Source of the DNA: an uncultured Verrucomicrobiae bacterium
Lineage (GTDB): Bacteria > Verrucomicrobiota > Verrucomicrobiia > Limisphaerales > Palsa-1400
DNA length: 64,000 nt
NCBI GenBank assembly: GCA_963764165.1
Contig: CAVXRD010000002.1
Span: 1,536,001 to 1,600,000 of the forward strand
Direction of reading: 5' to 3'
Shown here: one piece after another, positions 36,167 through 48,220 of the stretch
Numbering within the stretch: the stretch's first letter is position 1
Layout: every line of letters starts with the position of its first letter
The notes under the pieces: model-generated
The model's database searches: none
The model's input: only the letters and a program-made list of their open reading frames with translations
What the model was told of the DNA's origin: nothing
Program-made: the position numbers and the translations under genes

Positions 36167-37750
36167 GTGGAAAATTTAACCCAGAATGTTCAGCACGATC
36201 TCGCGAAATTGGAGCGGGCGCCGCGCGATCTCGAGCGCTGGCAGCGCGCGCAGCAGCAGTTGCTCTCTGGTCGCGGCCCGGCCGCGCTTCCCGTTTATCG
36301 CGAATTGACGCACCGGTATCCCGCGATTCTCAATCTTTGGTTTGAGTTTGGAACGGCGGCGGCGGCGGATTTGGATTTTGAACTCGCGCTCAACGCCTTT
36401 GGCCGCGCGGAAATCCTTTCCGCAGGCAATCCCGCCACACTGGTCATGCTCGGCCAGCAGTTTCACCGGCTGCGGAAAATCGACCGCGCCCGCGCCTGTT
36501 ACGAACGCGCGGTGCAGGCCGATCCGTCGTCGACCCACGCGCGCTTGAGTCTGGCGGCGTGGCTGGAGCGCGAGCGGCGGATCGAGGAAGCGATCGCGCA
36601 AGTGGACGCGTCGCTGTCCCGCAATGCGAAGGATCCGTCGGCTTTGTATTATCGCGCGTTCCTGCTGCAGCGCGCGGGGCAAAACGCCGAGGCGGAAAAA
36701 ATCCTGCGCGATTTGATTCAAGGCGGCCTGTCCGATCCAGGCATTAAAATTTCCAGTCACCATTTGCTCGGCGTGACGCTGGATGAGCAAGGCCAATATG
36801 CCGAGGCGATGGAATGGCTGTTGAAAGCGAAGGCGCTGGTGCGCCAGCACAACAATGTTCTCGCGCTGGAGCAAAGTTACGACAAGGCGGTCCGCAATCG
36901 GCGGGGGCTGCTCGCAAAATTGGCCCCCGCCATGATCCAACGCTGGAAGGAAGAGGCCGCCAGGCTGCCTGGGAAACGCCCGATGGCGTTGCTGGCCGGC
37001 CATCCGCGCAGCGGCACAACGCTGCTGGAACAAATACTTGACGCGCATCCCGCCGTTCGCGCCTTCGATGAATCAGAGGCCTTTGTTTCCGAAATTGCCG
37101 ACAAACTTGCGCCAGCTCCCCCGGGTGCGCTGTTGACCGCGGAGGCGTTGAACGCGCTGCCAAATAATCGCCGCGAGGAATTGCGCCGCCGCTATTTCAA
37201 AAGCCTGTTCCGCGAGCTTGATGGCGAATTAAGCGCTGACCGGCTCCTGCTGGACAAAAATCCCGTGGCGACCGCCTCGCTCCACTTGTGGCTGCGGCTC
37301 TTTCCCGAATCGAAAATCATCATCGCGCTGCGCGACCCGCGCGATGTTGTTCTGAGCTGTTTTTTCCAGAACCTCGCCCTGACGCCGCTCAACGCGAATT
37401 TCCTGAGCCTCGACGGCGCTGTCAAACATTATTCCGACACGATGGATGTGTGGCTGCGCTTGCGGGAACTCGGCGGCTTTGAGTGGGTCGAGACACGCTA
37501 CGAAAATATCGTCGGCGGCACGGAAGCCGAAGGCCGCCGCGTGACGGAATTTCTTGGTTTGGCGTGGAACGAAGCGCAAATCGCCTCGCACGAATCCGCC
37601 CGCAAGAAACTCGTCTTCTCGCCCACTTACAGTGATGTTGCGCAGCCTGTCCATGGGCGGGCTGTTGGGCGGTGGCGGAATTATGCAGGCATGATGGAAG
37701 CGGTGGTGCCGAAGCTTGACGCCTTCGCTCGCTCCCTTGGCTACGAATAA
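36167..37750 (+). CDS. TPR-repeat sulfotransferase
   Basis: TPRs then GHPRSGTTLLEQIL, DKNP, RDPRDV, RYE. Confidence 0.9.
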   Translation: MENLTQNVQHDLAKLERAPRDLERWQRAQQQLLSGRGPAALPVYRELTHRYPAILNLWFEFGTAAAADLDFELALNAFGRAEILSAGNPATLVMLGQQFHRLRKIDRARACYERAVQADPSSTHARLSLAAWLERERRIEEAIAQVDASLSRNAKDPSALYYRAFLLQRAGQNAEAEKILRDLIQGGLSDPGIKISSHHLLGVTLDEQGQYAEAMEWLLKAKALVRQHNNVLALEQSYDKAVRNRRGLLAKLAPAMIQRWKEEAARLPGKRPMALLAGHPRSGTTLLEQILDAHPAVRAFDESEAFVSEIADKLAPAPPGALLTAEALNALPNNRREELRRRYFKSLFRELDGELSADRLLLDKNPVATASLHLWLRLFPESKIIIALRDPRDVVLSCFFQNLALTPLNANFLSLDGAVKHYSDTMDVWLRLRELGGFEWVETRYENIVGGTEAEGRRVTEFLGLAWNEAQIASHESARKKLVFSPTYSDVAQPVHGRAVGRWRNYAGMMEAVVPKLDAFARSLGYE

Positions 37751-37933
37751 TTTGCTTCGGAGTTTTCGGGGGGCGACCGACTGCTGGAAAAGAGAATGCA
37801 TTGAGTTTTTCCCAATCCCATCGGGAGACCTAAAAGACATATACGGCTTTTAGGACCTATGATTTACCATCAAACTTTGCATTTCAAACGACTGCGCCTT
37901 ATTGTGGCGGGATGTGGTAATCGCATTATTGTC

Positions 37934-40828
37934 ATGGCCAAGGAACTCATCAGGATTGGCGGCGCGCGCCAGCATAATCTCAAAAATCTCAGCCTGACCA
38001 TTCCGCGCGATAAATTGGTGGTCCTGACGGGATTGAGCGGATCGGGCAAGTCATCGCTCGCGTTTGACACGATTTACGCCGAGGGTCAGCGCAAATACGT
38101 CGAGTCGCTTTCGGCTTATGCGCGGCAGTTTCTCGATCAGATGGAGAAGCCGGATGTCGATTATATCGAGGGGCTTTCCCCCGCCATTGCCATTGAGCAA
38201 CGCGTTTCCGGCGCGAATCCGCGCTCGATCATCGCCACCACGACCGAAATTTACGATTACCTGCGCCTGCTCTTTGCGCACGTCGGGCAGCCGCATTGCC
38301 CTGAGAGCGGCGAGCCGATCAGCCGCCAGACCACCAGCGATATTGTTGATAATATTCTCAACCTGCCGGCGAAGACGCGGGTTGTTCTGCTGGCCCCGGT
38401 TGTCTCGAAGCAGAAGGGCGAGTTTCGCGATGTCATTGAACGGCTGGCGCGGGAGGGATTTGTCCGGGCGCGGGTCGATGGGGAGTTTGTGGAATTGAGC
38501 GCCAATGTCCGCGTCAAGCTGGATCCGAAACAGCGCCACACCATCGAAGCGGTGGTGGATCGGTTGGTCATCGACGACAAAGTCCGCGTGCGTCTTAGCG
38601 ATTCGGTGGAAACGGCGCTAAAGTGGGGCGACGGGCGGCTGGTTCTCTTGAAGCAATCCGGCGACTTGCCCGCAGGCACAAACGCCTGGGAGGAATCAAT
38701 GCATTCCAACCGCAATTTCAGCCCCGCCACCGGCCAAAGTTACGATCCGCCGACGCCGAAGCATTTTTCGTTTAATTCACCGCTGGGCGCGTGCTCCGTT
38801 TGCCACGGGCTGGGCCAGAAACTTGTATTTGACGAACATTTGATTGTGCCCGACCCGGAGAAATCGCTGGAAAAAGGCGCGGTGCTGCCGTGGCGCCGCG
38901 GGGCGAAGCGCCTGCTGGTTCATTACAAGTCGCTGCTGCGCGGCATGGCCCAGCATTATGGCTTGAGCGTGGAAACGCCGTGGAAGGATTTGCCGGCGGA
39001 TTTTCAAGAGAAGCTTTTGCGCGGCACCGGCGAGGAGGAAATCACGTTCACGTTTTTCCGCGCGGGCAAACCGACGCAGAATAAAAAAACGTTCGAGGGC
39101 ATCATTCCAAATTTGCAGCGCCTCTACGCGGAGAGCGAAAGCGAATTCACCAAGAATCGGCTGACCAGTTTCATGAACCCGCAGCCGTGCGACGCCTGCG
39201 GCGGAAAGCGGCTCAAACCGGAAATGCTCGCCGTCACCCTCGGGGCGTCGATTCCGGGAAGGCTGGTTCCCGGCCACTCGATCATGGATATTTGCGCGCT
39301 TTCCATCGAGCAGGCGGATGAATTTCTTGCGGGGCTTGCGCTGACGGAATTCCAGCAAAAAATTTCCGGCGAACTCATCAAGGAAATCCGCTCGCGCCTC
39401 GGCTTCCTGAAAAACGTCGGGCTCAATTACCTGACGCTGGACCGTGAAAGCGGCACGCTCAGCGGCGGCGAGGCGCAGCGCATCCGGCTGGCCACGCAGA
39501 TTGGGGCCGGGCTGGTAGGCGTGCTTTATATACTTGACGAACCGAGCATCGGATTGCACCAGCGCGATAACGACCGGCTGCTGGCTTCCCTCGAAGGGCT
39601 GCGGAATCTTGGCAATTCCGTCCTCGTGGTCGAGCACGATGAAGACACGATTCGCCGGGCCGATTACGTGCTTGATCTGGGCCCCGGCGCGGGAGTGCGC
39701 GGGGGCGAGTTGGTGGCGTCAGGAACCGTCGCGGACATCGAGGCGAATCCGCGTTCGCTCACCGGTCAATATCTCAAGGGGGAGTTGAAAATCGCCGTTC
39801 CCAAAACGCGCCTCAAGCCTTCGATGGCCTCTGGCTGGCTCGAAGTGATTGGCGCGACGGAGAACAATTTGAAAAACGTCGATGCGCGCATTCCGCTGGG
39901 CGCGTTCACCGTCGTGACTGGCGTTAGCGGATCTGGCAAGAGCACGTTGGTGGATGATATTTTGCGGCGCGCGCTGTTCCGAAAATTTTACGGCTCGAAA
40001 GAGCAGCCGGGAAAGCATCGCCAGATTCGCGGCTTCGAGTCGCTGGACAAAGTAATCGTCATTGACCAGACGCCGATTGGCCGGACGCCGCGGAGCAATC
40101 CCGCCACTTACACGGGGATGTTCAACCAGATTCGCGATCTGTTTGCGAAATTGCCCGCCGCGAAAATTCGCGGCTACGAGGCGGGCCGGTTCAGTTTCAA
40201 TGTCAAAGGCGGGCGCTGTGAGAAATGCCAGGGGGATGGCTTGATCAAAATTGAAATGCATTTTCTGCCGCCGATCTACGTCACTTGCGAAGCGTGCAAC
40301 GGCCGCCGCTACAATCGCGAAACGCTGGAGATCAATTACAAGGGGATGAACATCGCGGACGTGCTGGACATGACGGTGGACGAGGCCGTTACGTTCTTCC
40401 GCGCGGTGCCGAAAATTTACGATCCATGCCTGACCTTGGCGGAAGTGGGCTTGGGCTATGTGCGCCTCGGCCAATCCGGCACCACGTTGAGCGGGGGCGA
40501 GGCCCAGCGCATCAAGCTGGCCGCCGAGTTGAGCCGCAAAGCGACCGGCCACACGCTCTACATATTGGATGAGCCCACGACGGGCTTGCATTTTCACGAC
40601 GTGGCGAAACTTCTCGATGTCTTGTTCAAGCTGCGCAATTCCGGGAACACGCTGCTCATCATCGAGCACAATTTGGATGTCATCAAAACCGCCGATTGGG
40701 TGATCGACCTGGGGCCGGAAGGCGGCGCAGGCGGTGGGCGCATTGTGGCCGAGGGGCCGCCGGAAAAAATTGCCCGAACGCCGGAAAGCCATACCGGGCG
40801 ATACTTGAAGCCGTTGCTAACCGGATAA
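37934..40828 (+). CDS. uvrA: Excinuclease ABC subunit A
   Basis: [19 protein letters not shown], two LSGGEAQR, Zn fingers. Confidence 0.98.
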   Translation: MAKELIRIGGARQHNLKNLSLTIPRDKLVVLTGLSGSGKSSLAFDTIYAEGQRKYVESLSAYARQFLDQMEKPDVDYIEGLSPAIAIEQRVSGANPRSIIATTTEIYDYLRLLFAHVGQPHCPESGEPISRQTTSDIVDNILNLPAKTRVVLLAPVVSKQKGEFRDVIERLAREGFVRARVDGEFVELSANVRVKLDPKQRHTIEAVVDRLVIDDKVRVRLSDSVETALKWGDGRLVLLKQSGDLPAGTNAWEESMHSNRNFSPATGQSYDPPTPKHFSFNSPLGACSVCHGLGQKLVFDEHLIVPDPEKSLEKGAVLPWRRGAKRLLVHYKSLLRGMAQHYGLSVETPWKDLPADFQEKLLRGTGEEEITFTFFRAGKPTQNKKTFEGIIPNLQRLYAESESEFTKNRLTSFMNPQPCDACGGKRLKPEMLAVTLGASIPGRLVPGHSIMDICALSIEQADEFLAGLALTEFQQKISGELIKEIRSRLGFLKNVGLNYLTLDRESGTLSGGEAQRIRLATQIGAGLVGVLYILDEPSIGLHQRDNDRLLASLEGLRNLGNSVLVVEHDEDTIRRADYVLDLGPGAGVRGGELVASGTVADIEANPRSLTGQYLKGELKIAVPKTRLKPSMASGWLEVIGATENNLKNVDARIPLGAFTVVTGVSGSGKSTLVDDILRRALFRKFYGSKEQPGKHRQIRGFESLDKVIVIDQTPIGRTPRSNPATYTGMFNQIRDLFAKLPAAKIRGYEAGRFSFNVKGGRCEKCQGDGLIKIEMHFLPPIYVTCEACNGRRYNRETLEINYKGMNIADVLDMTVDEAVTFFRAVPKIYDPCLTLAEVGLGYVRLGQSGTTLSGGEAQRIKLAAELSRKATGHTLYILDEPTTGLHFHDVAKLLDVLFKLRNSGNTLLIIEHNLDVIKTADWVIDLGPEGGAGGGRIVAEGPPEKIARTPESHTGRYLKPLLTG

Positions 40829-40973
40829 TCGGCCACAGATTGGCACAGACCAACGCAGATTTTCGGAAAGACATTCCTTTGATAGGCATTGGCCATTGAG
40901 CGCAAAAGCGGTGAGTTAAAACCATTTCCGTCATCTTGCATTGCTCCTCCCGTTGACGCATTCTTGATTGACT

Positions 40974-42356
40974 ATGAATGAAGAGTTTCGGACAGAATCC
41001 GATTCCATGGGGCCGATGCATGTTCCCGCCTCCGCCTATTACGGAGCACAGACTGCGCGCGCCGTTGAAAATTTTCCCATCAGCAATCTGCGCTTTTCGC
41101 GCCGGTTTATTCGGGCGCTCGGCCTGATCAAAAAGCACGCCGCGCTCACCAACAAGGATCTCGGCGGGCTCAAGCCGGACGCCGCCGCCGCCATCGTCAG
41201 CGCCGCCCAGGAAGTCGTTGATGGAAAATGGGACAGCCAGTTTGTCATCGATATTTTCCAGACGGGCTCAGGCACCTCGACCAACATGAACGCCAACGAG
41301 GTCATCGCCAATCGCGCCTGCGAATTGATGGGCGGCCAGCGCGGAGGAAAATTGATTCACCCGAACGACCACGTCAATCGCGGCCAATCGAGCAACGACG
41401 CCATCCCCACCGCCATTCATATTGCGGCGATGGAGGGCATCGAGCGCAGCCTGATTCCCGCATTGACGGAATTGCAGCAATCGCTGGAAAAGAAGGCCGC
41501 GGAATTTCATGAAGTGCTGAAGATCGGGCGCACCCATTTGCAGGACGCCACGCCGATTCGCCTCGGCCAGGAATTTGGCGGTTACGCCAGCCAGGTCTCG
41601 CACGGCATCGGGCGGCTTCGCGCCGCGCAAAAGAATCTCGGCGAACTCGCGCTGGGCGGAACGGCTGTCGGCACGGGAATCAACACGGATCCGACATTTG
41701 CGCGGCTCACAATTGAGCGCATCGCGGGCGAAACAGGCTTGAGCATTTGCGAAGCAACCAACCATTTCGAAGCGCAAGGCGGACGGGATGCGCTCGTGGA
41801 GATTTCAGGCGCGTTGAAAACCATCGCGGTCAGCTTGATCAAAATCGCCAACGACGTACGCTTCCTCGGCTCCGGCCCGCGGCTTGGTTTGGGCGAATTG
41901 AAATTGCCCTCGACCCAGCCCGGTTCGTCGATCATGCCCGGCAAAGTGAACCCCGTCATGTGCGAGATGCTGCTGCAGGTTTGCGCGCAAGTGCTCGGGG
42001 CGGATGCCGCGATTACGTTCGGCGGCAGCTTCGGCAATTTTGAATTGAACGTCATGATGCCCGTCATGGCGCACAATCTTCTGCAAGCCATCGAACTGCT
42101 TTCCACAGGAACGCAGGTTTTCGCCCGCCGCTGCATCAATGGCCTCGAAGCGGACCGCGAAAAGTGCAAGGCGAATCTGGAATTGAGCCTGTCGAACTGC
42201 ACCATCCTCGCTCCGGTGATCGGCTATGACAAGGCGGCGAAGATTGCCAAAGTCGCTTACGAATCGAACAAGACCATCCGCCAAGTCGCGCTGGAAATTT
42301 CCGGTTTGGACAAAGCGAAGCTGGACGAATTGCTCGATCCCGCCAAGCAGACTTGA
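40974..42356 (+). CDS. fumC: Class II fumarate hydratase
   Basis: QTGSGTSTNMNANEV, GRTHLQDA, GSSIMPGKVNP. Confidence 0.95.
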   Translation: MNEEFRTESDSMGPMHVPASAYYGAQTARAVENFPISNLRFSRRFIRALGLIKKHAALTNKDLGGLKPDAAAAIVSAAQEVVDGKWDSQFVIDIFQTGSGTSTNMNANEVIANRACELMGGQRGGKLIHPNDHVNRGQSSNDAIPTAIHIAAMEGIERSLIPALTELQQSLEKKAAEFHEVLKIGRTHLQDATPIRLGQEFGGYASQVSHGIGRLRAAQKNLGELALGGTAVGTGINTDPTFARLTIERIAGETGLSICEATNHFEAQGGRDALVEISGALKTIAVSLIKIANDVRFLGSGPRLGLGELKLPSTQPGSSIMPGKVNPVMCEMLLQVCAQVLGADAAITFGGSFGNFELNVMMPVMAHNLLQAIELLSTGTQVFARRCINGLEADREKCKANLELSLSNCTILAPVIGYDKAAKIAKVAYESNKTIRQVALEISGLDKAKLDELLDPAKQT

Positions 42357-42423
42357 TGGCGCGGAGGCGGAGTTTATAGACGATGTTGCTCCGGGGCGGC
42401 TGCGGCAAAAAAGAAAAGGTCTT

Positions 42424-42578
42424 AATCAGGAACGACCGGACGCAGGAAAAGAGGCGGACGTGCCAATCTTATGCCTTTTGTCTCGTTCCATGGCGGCGAC
42501 GAGTGGAATGCATCAAAAAACCCAGAGCGCGCACGATGAATTTAGATCTCCGTTCCTGAGTTCGGTCGTTCCTGATTT
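42424..42578. repeat. Inverted repeat pair (same family as 32025)
   Basis: AATCAGGAACGACCGGACGCAGGAA ... TTCCTGAGTTCGGTCGTTCCTGATT. Confidence 0.7.
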
Positions 42579-42611
42579 ATATTCTGAAGGGTTTTCCACA
42601 TCCTTAGCCGC

Positions 42612-43118
42612 TCACGCGCGGACTTGGGGCGGGATCACCGATGTTTCCAGAGGCCGGATTTCGTCGCCAATCTTGATTTTCCCGGATCGCACGACTTGCG
42701 CGAGAACGCCCTGGCGTCCAAGCGCCATCGCGGCTTGCAATCCTGGGGCGATCAAATCCATTTTCCGGCACGGCGTTCGAGGTTCGCAAAAATACAGCAC
42801 GGCCTCGCCCACCTTTACCTCGCGGCCCATAAGCGCCATGAGATCAATTCCCTTGGTTTCCATGTTGGAGCGCACCACCCCGGCGGGAATTCCTGGCAGC
42901 TTCAACGCCTGGACGTGTTCGGCAATTTGTTCTCGGGCGATGAGCGTCACTTGGCGCTTGCTCGGTTTCCCGTCGCGGCCTTTTTTTCCGAAGACGCGCG
43001 AATCTCCCTCCAAACCCTTCCCTTCCTCTGCGAAAACTTCTGCCACATCCACGAACGGTTCTCCTCCAACCGGTGGATGCAAATGCAAAGATTCAACACG
43101 TCCGATCTGACTTTTCAC
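42612..43118 (-). CDS. MOSC-domain protein
   Basis: GLEGD, RQVTLI, RSN, PCRKM, GKIKIGD. Confidence 0.85.
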   Translation of the reverse strand: MKSQIGRVESLHLHPPVGGEPFVDVAEVFAEEGKGLEGDSRVFGKKGRDGKPSKRQVTLIAREQIAEHVQALKLPGIPAGVVRSNMETKGIDLMALMGREVKVGEAVLYFCEPRTPCRKMDLIAPGLQAAMALGRQGVLAQVVRSGKIKIGDEIRPLETSVIPPQVRA

Positions 43119-43187
43119 GGCGGAAGAATAGCGCGCGGTGATTTGCGAATCGAATCATTTTGATGCCGCGAGGCGCCTGATGGCGTC

Positions 43188-43952
43188 TCACTTTTTCTTG
43201 CCGATATTTATCGCAATCGTTACGCCCGACCGTGGTTCGGGGATGGTGCAGGATTGCTTTCGATATCGTCGCCAGACCCAGCGAGCTGCTGCCTTAATGT
43301 TCGGAACACCCAAATCGTCCAGCGCGCAGGCAAGGTAGAGAACCCAAAACGCCAGCTTGATGTAATTCGAGTGGTACCATGAAATCCAATCACCAACACT
43401 CGAGGCGGCCGAAGCTCCCAAAAGGAAGATGGCCGCCTGCCGAACGATCGGAAGCGCGCAACCCAAAATCCAATCCCAAACCATGTGGAGAATCGAAAAA
43501 TCCGGGATAATGCCCATGAGGAGCGCCGCCACCCACGCGCCAATGGCGTTTCCGATAATGATTCTAAACCAATTTTCCCGCAGATTCTCCAGGATGCGGG
43601 CCGCCCGCTTGCCCACCGAAGCCTCGTGAGTCCGAAGATTGACCCAAAGCGAGTGCGCGAAAAACAGGGCAAATATGCAAATGAGCGGGCCGTTTCCTTC
43701 AATGCGCCACCACTCGTCGTGTGACGGCGAATGATCGCCTTTGGGATTTCCCCATCCACTAAAGCCGGGAGGGGCGGCCGGAATCATATTTCCGGCAAAG
43801 CCGCCCGCAATTCCCAGCGCGACATCGCCTAGGATATAAAATAGCAGGCCGCCGCCAAACGCCTCGAACGCGCTCTCAAAAATGACGCTGAACAGATCCC
43901 GCTTGGGCGCGGATTCCGAATTCGGCGGAGGCGTGCTGGTGGTTTCGGCCAT
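43188..43952 (-). CDS. Hypothetical membrane protein
   Basis: Several hydrophobic segments. Confidence 0.7.
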   Translation of the reverse strand: MAETTSTPPPNSESAPKRDLFSVIFESAFEAFGGGLLFYILGDVALGIAGGFAGNMIPAAPPGFSGWGNPKGDHSPSHDEWWRIEGNGPLICIFALFFAHSLWVNLRTHEASVGKRAARILENLRENWFRIIIGNAIGAWVAALLMGIIPDFSILHMVWDWILGCALPIVRQAAIFLLGASAASSVGDWISWYHSNYIKLAFWVLYLACALDDLGVPNIKAAARWVWRRYRKQSCTIPEPRSGVTIAINIGKKK

Positions 43953-44280
43953 GACAAATCGCTGCCCGATGGTAGCCAATTTCCCCCGCCGGGCCATTAC
44001 AATTATGGAGACGTTTTCGAGCGGGGGACGATAAACCAGGCACTCGAAAACGGACTGGCAGCCGCAGATGGACCCAGGTCAGCGCGGATGAAAAGAAGTT
44101 CGAAAAAAGCGAAACCTAGGCGCCGGCACTTCATCAATTCAACGGGCCGCCATTTGCCAAAGCAAATCGTCCATCAAAAATTTGCGTTGATCTGCGCCCA
44201 TCTGCGGCGTTTTGTCCGGGGGAGGATTAAAAAGGGTGGCGGATGCAGTCCCGCAGGCGGATCGCGGCGGCCGCGTCGCC

Positions 44281-46608
44281 TCACTTATTGGTGTGAACAT
44301 TATTTGTCGCTCCTGGCGGGGCGGGTTTCTCTGCGGCCTGCTCTTTTGCTTTCTCCTGTTCCTTCTCCCTTTCCTTTTCCCTCTCCCGCTCTTTCTCGGC
44401 GGCATCCCATGGAGCCGGTTTTCCGATGGGACCCCATTTTGTGTGCTTGGTCATTTCGTTGAGAAGGCCGACATCCCAAAGGGCCGCAAATATCCAGACC
44501 AGCAGTGCCACGACAATCAGCACCTTCGGCCAAATGGCGGACGCCTCCGCGTAATGATCGTGAATGTCCACCTTGGCCCCCGGCGGCAATTCGGCGATCT
44601 CCGTCAACCGGGTGCCGAACGGAACGTTGATGCGCGCCTTGCTGTTGATGGCCCAGCCGTTGGCGTCAAGTATAGGTCCCAGATTCCGGCGTCGCAATTT
44701 TACGAAGGCCAGCAGCATCGAGGGGCCGGAAATCAGGATCATGATTCCCATGACCAAAAATGGCAGCCGCCAGGCGGGAATTTTTTCAATAAAAGTCAGA
44801 AAGGCCGCCGCGGCCGCCGCGAGGCTTCCCACCGCAACGCTGATCAATGCGACCACGCTCGGATCAAATTTCGATTTGACGGGCGCCGCCCCTGCCGCGG
44901 GGGTGGCCGGATCGGCGGGCGCCGCGGCTGCCGCGGTTGGATTCTGCACCGCGGCGGCAATTGCTTGCGGCGCGGCGGCGTCGGCGGCGGCGGCGCGTTT
45001 CGTCACCTGTTCTTCTATCAGCCGCACAACTTTTTTATAAGGCGACCAGAAGGCTTCGCGCAAACTGATGGGGTTGGGAATGATCTTGGTGATCGTCGCG
45101 TCGTAATCACGCCCTTTGCGGTCGTAGAAAATTCCATTGCGGCCCACCATCAAATTCTGGTCGTCGCCCTGCGAAAACACCGCGACGATGCTCATTTTTT
45201 CAGGGCCGCCCTTCCGTGCGCAATCGGCGTAGGCCAGAAACGCGCCCGCCAATCCCGCCATCTGCGAGTGCCGGTCCGCGTTTTCGACTGTCAAGCAAAG
45301 ATGGCACGCGCGCTGGTCCAGATAGAGCACGCCGACTTGAAAAATCGCGGGGGCTTCGCCGGCGTAAAGATTCTTGAAGTTGACGAAGTTGATGAGCAGC
45401 AGATGCAGGTCGCGGATGTAACGGAGCAATTTCTCAATGTCCGATATCGCCCCCGCCTGCCGTTCGTAGGATTGGTCGACGGCGATCAGCTCGTCAATTT
45501 TGGCGCGGACAGATTCGTCCAGCAGCTCGCGAATGCGATCCTTGCCGAGTTTGGCGACCAGCGCGCCTTCCTGCTTGCTTCGCCAATCGCCGTATCCGCC
45601 GAGCTTGGCTTGCAAGACGGACCAATCCCCCTCCGTCAATAATAATCTGTCTCCCATCAGCGGCTTGATCGCGTCTTCGCGCAGAGCTGAGAGGGCGCTG
45701 GCGTAGGCGGGATTGACTGGGCCCTGCAGCGGCAGCGGCTTGTTTGCGGCAGGTTGGGCCAGCGGAAAACTGGCCAGGGCGGTGGCGTCGCTGTCAATCA
45801 CTCGTTCGGCCACCTCCGCATAATCCTCTTCTTCGCGTCCCACCCACGAAGCGGCTCGCGGATCAAAGGCCGTCCAGCGGCAGCGCGCAAAATAATCGTC
45901 GACCTTCGCCTTGATCGCCTTGACGGCGTCGGCGGCGTCTTCGGTCTTGTCAGCGAGCGGCAGGACGGCGGTGTCGTTTTCGGCCAGGCGATACCACGCG
46001 TCGTAGGCGGCGCACTCCACAAAAAAGGCGTCGCTGCGCTCCTGGTCAATCCCTGGCGCGCCTGAACGGTCCTTCGTCGTCCCCATGCAGCTGGCGATGT
46101 CTTGAATGACGGCGGTGATTCGGCTGTCCTCCGATGACTCGGGCACAATGACGCCATCGCCGTTGAAATACGTGGCGGCGAAAAGTTCCCCCGCATCGGC
46201 CGCTTCGTCGAGCAAAATGGATTCGGCTTCCGGCTTGCCAAGCTGGGCGAGGATGCGGCGGGCGCCCTCGAGAAGTTCAGCGCCCTCGGCGGTCGAATTG
46301 TTGATGGAGGCCAGCGCGAGCGTCTCGCCCCCCGCGATCAACAAGCCCGGATCGTTCAGCATCCCGCAGGCCCAATTCACCGCCGCGAGCAATTCCGGGG
46401 CGCGAATGCGCCCGTTGTGATCGGAGTCAATGAAGGCAGCCGTCTTGGCATCAAACTCGAGGCCGGTGAGCGGGCACGCCAGCGCCACCCACAGCTTCTG
46501 ATCCAACTGGCCCAGGTTTAATAGGTCGTCGCCGGTTTCCAGTTTAACCTGGTCAAACCCGCCCGCCTGAAAAAAACGCCACTGATGTCCTGGAACCTCG
46601 GTTGCCAC
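44281..46608 (-). CDS. Large hypothetical protein with C-terminal TM segments
   Basis: 775-aa ORF with typical coding composition. Confidence 0.8.
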   Translation of the reverse strand: MATEVPGHQWRFFQAGGFDQVKLETGDDLLNLGQLDQKLWVALACPLTGLEFDAKTAAFIDSDHNGRIRAPELLAAVNWACGMLNDPGLLIAGGETLALASINNSTAEGAELLEGARRILAQLGKPEAESILLDEAADAGELFAATYFNGDGVIVPESSEDSRITAVIQDIASCMGTTKDRSGAPGIDQERSDAFFVECAAYDAWYRLAENDTAVLPLADKTEDAADAVKAIKAKVDDYFARCRWTAFDPRAASWVGREEEDYAEVAERVIDSDATALASFPLAQPAANKPLPLQGPVNPAYASALSALREDAIKPLMGDRLLLTEGDWSVLQAKLGGYGDWRSKQEGALVAKLGKDRIRELLDESVRAKIDELIAVDQSYERQAGAISDIEKLLRYIRDLHLLLINFVNFKNLYAGEAPAIFQVGVLYLDQRACHLCLTVENADRHSQMAGLAGAFLAYADCARKGGPEKMSIVAVFSQGDDQNLMVGRNGIFYDRKGRDYDATITKIIPNPISLREAFWSPYKKVVRLIEEQVTKRAAAADAAAPQAIAAAVQNPTAAAAAPADPATPAAGAAPVKSKFDPSVVALISVAVGSLAAAAAAFLTFIEKIPAWRLPFLVMGIMILISGPSMLLAFVKLRRRNLGPILDANGWAINSKARINVPFGTRLTEIAELPPGAKVDIHDHYAEASAIWPKVLIVVALLVWIFAALWDVGLLNEMTKHTKWGPIGKPAPWDAAEKEREREKEREKEQEKAKEQAAEKPAPPGATNNVHTNK

Positions 46609-46616
46609 TCCAAAAC

Positions 46617-47498
46617 CTAAAACTTATAGGCCAGCGCCGCAATGATTTTCAGGTCGTTGCGAAGCCTTCCGGCGGCAGGGTCGTTGACATAACTGTCGCG
46701 CACCACCGTCCGCAGGCTCAGCTTGTTGCCTTTGGTCAATCCAGCGTCAATGCCTGTCTCGAAATTCACGATATAGTTGCCAAAGTTGTCCACCTGCGGC
46801 AAATATTCAATTGTTTCCCACACTTTTGCGTGGGCGCTGAGGGTGTAATGGAACTGCTGGGCAATGCGCAGGGTGGCAAAACTCTCGGTCCTTCCATCAA
46901 GCTGTTCTTTAATGTAACCCGGCCCAACTTCCGCGCTCAGATCCACGATTTTATTAGTGACAAAAAAATAGCCGAGGCCGGGCGCAAGCGTCAGGCGGTA
47001 TTTGATGTCTGCGATGCCGTCGTGGAATCCGTCAATGCGGCCGAAACCGTAGAATCCATTTTCAAAAGTGCGATTATACTGCGCAAATCCGTGCAAAACC
47101 TCGGCCGTTTCCGTGTCCTTGGCCTCGTTGGGCTGCTTTGATTCGCCGTAGAGGCCGTCGGCTTCCAGAGTCAAAGCGTTCTTGAGCCATTTATGCTCGG
47201 TGGTGGCGCTGGCGGAGGCGAGCGTCGTGTCCGTGTTGCCGCGGGCGACCGTAATGCCAAATGCAATCGTGGTTTTCCATGAATTCGTCGGAGTGACGAC
47301 TGCCGGCACCTTTCCCAGCGCATTGGTGGAGGCCGTGTTGGTCGAAGTGGAGGCGGTGGTGCTGGTCTGGGCATGCGAGCAGGCGGCGCCGGCAATAAGA
47401 AGCATTGCGGCCGCCCATTGGGAGACTTTTGTTCTGTTGATCATATTAAGCATTGGCTGAACGCGCGAAAGCGGGCTGCCTCGCGTTATTCTTGACAT
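46617..47498 (-). CDS. DUF481/YdiY-like outer-membrane beta-barrel (start uncertain)
   Basis: Signal peptide, RGNTDT, GLGY, terminal YKF. Confidence 0.8.
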   Translation of the reverse strand: MSRITRGSPLSRVQPMLNMINRTKVSQWAAAMLLIAGAACSHAQTSTTASTSTNTASTNALGKVPAVVTPTNSWKTTIAFGITVARGNTDTTLASASATTEHKWLKNALTLEADGLYGESKQPNEAKDTETAEVLHGFAQYNRTFENGFYGFGRIDGFHDGIADIKYRLTLAPGLGYFFVTNKIVDLSAEVGPGYIKEQLDGRTESFATLRIAQQFHYTLSAHAKVWETIEYLPQVDNFGNYIVNFETGIDAGLTKGNKLSLRTVVRDSYVNDPAAGRLRNDLKIIAALAYKF

Positions 47499-47712
47499 CG
47501 GCCTCCGGCCAGAATTTCCTCAATTGCTGGCCCGGGCCGAGCACGATACGAATTCAAGAACGCACGGGACAAGCAGTTTATTCAACTTTTCTTGATGACG
47601 AATACGGACGCCGCTTTGGTTTCTTGCAAATTATATTCTTAGCGTCAAAAACACAAAGACGGAGCCCGCAAGCAGGCTCCGCCATCCAGCCATCGAAAAG
47701 GCAATGGCGCTT

Positions 47713-48120
47713 CTACGCCATGGCTTCCGCCAATTGCGGCTCTTTTGCGGCTTCCTTCATCATCGGACACTCGGCCATTAATTGCCGGACTTCGACTTTG
47801 ACGCCAAAGGGAAGACCCGGGCATTGCTGGGCGATTGCCACCGCCTCCTCCATGGCGCCGACAGTCAAGAGGAAATATCCGCCGATGGCTTCCTTGGACT
47901 CCGCAAACGGGCCATCCGCAATGACGCGTCCGCCCTTGCCGGAGATGACTTTGCCGCTGCATTCCAGAGGGCTGGCGCCGGCCACCTTGCCGTCCGCTGA
48001 CAACTGGCGAAACCACGCGCCCCAATCGGCGGCGACTTGCTGCGCCTGTTCGGGCGACACGGTTTTATACCAGTCTGTGCCGCGAAACAGGAGCATGAAT
48101 TCATTTCTTTCTGCGTTCAT
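47713..48120 (-). CDS. YCII-related (DGPF) protein
   Basis: DGPFAESKEAIGGY. Confidence 0.9.
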   Translation of the reverse strand: MNAERNEFMLLFRGTDWYKTVSPEQAQQVAADWGAWFRQLSADGKVAGASPLECSGKVISGKGGRVIADGPFAESKEAIGGYFLLTVGAMEEAVAIAQQCPGLPFGVKVEVRQLMAECPMMKEAAKEPQLAEAMA

Positions 48121-48220
48121 ATTATTTGATGCCTTTCTGATTTTGTTTTTTGAGGTTGATCGTCTTCTGCATGCAAGAACGAATGGAAAGTTCGATTTGG
48201 GACAGCGATTTTATTATATT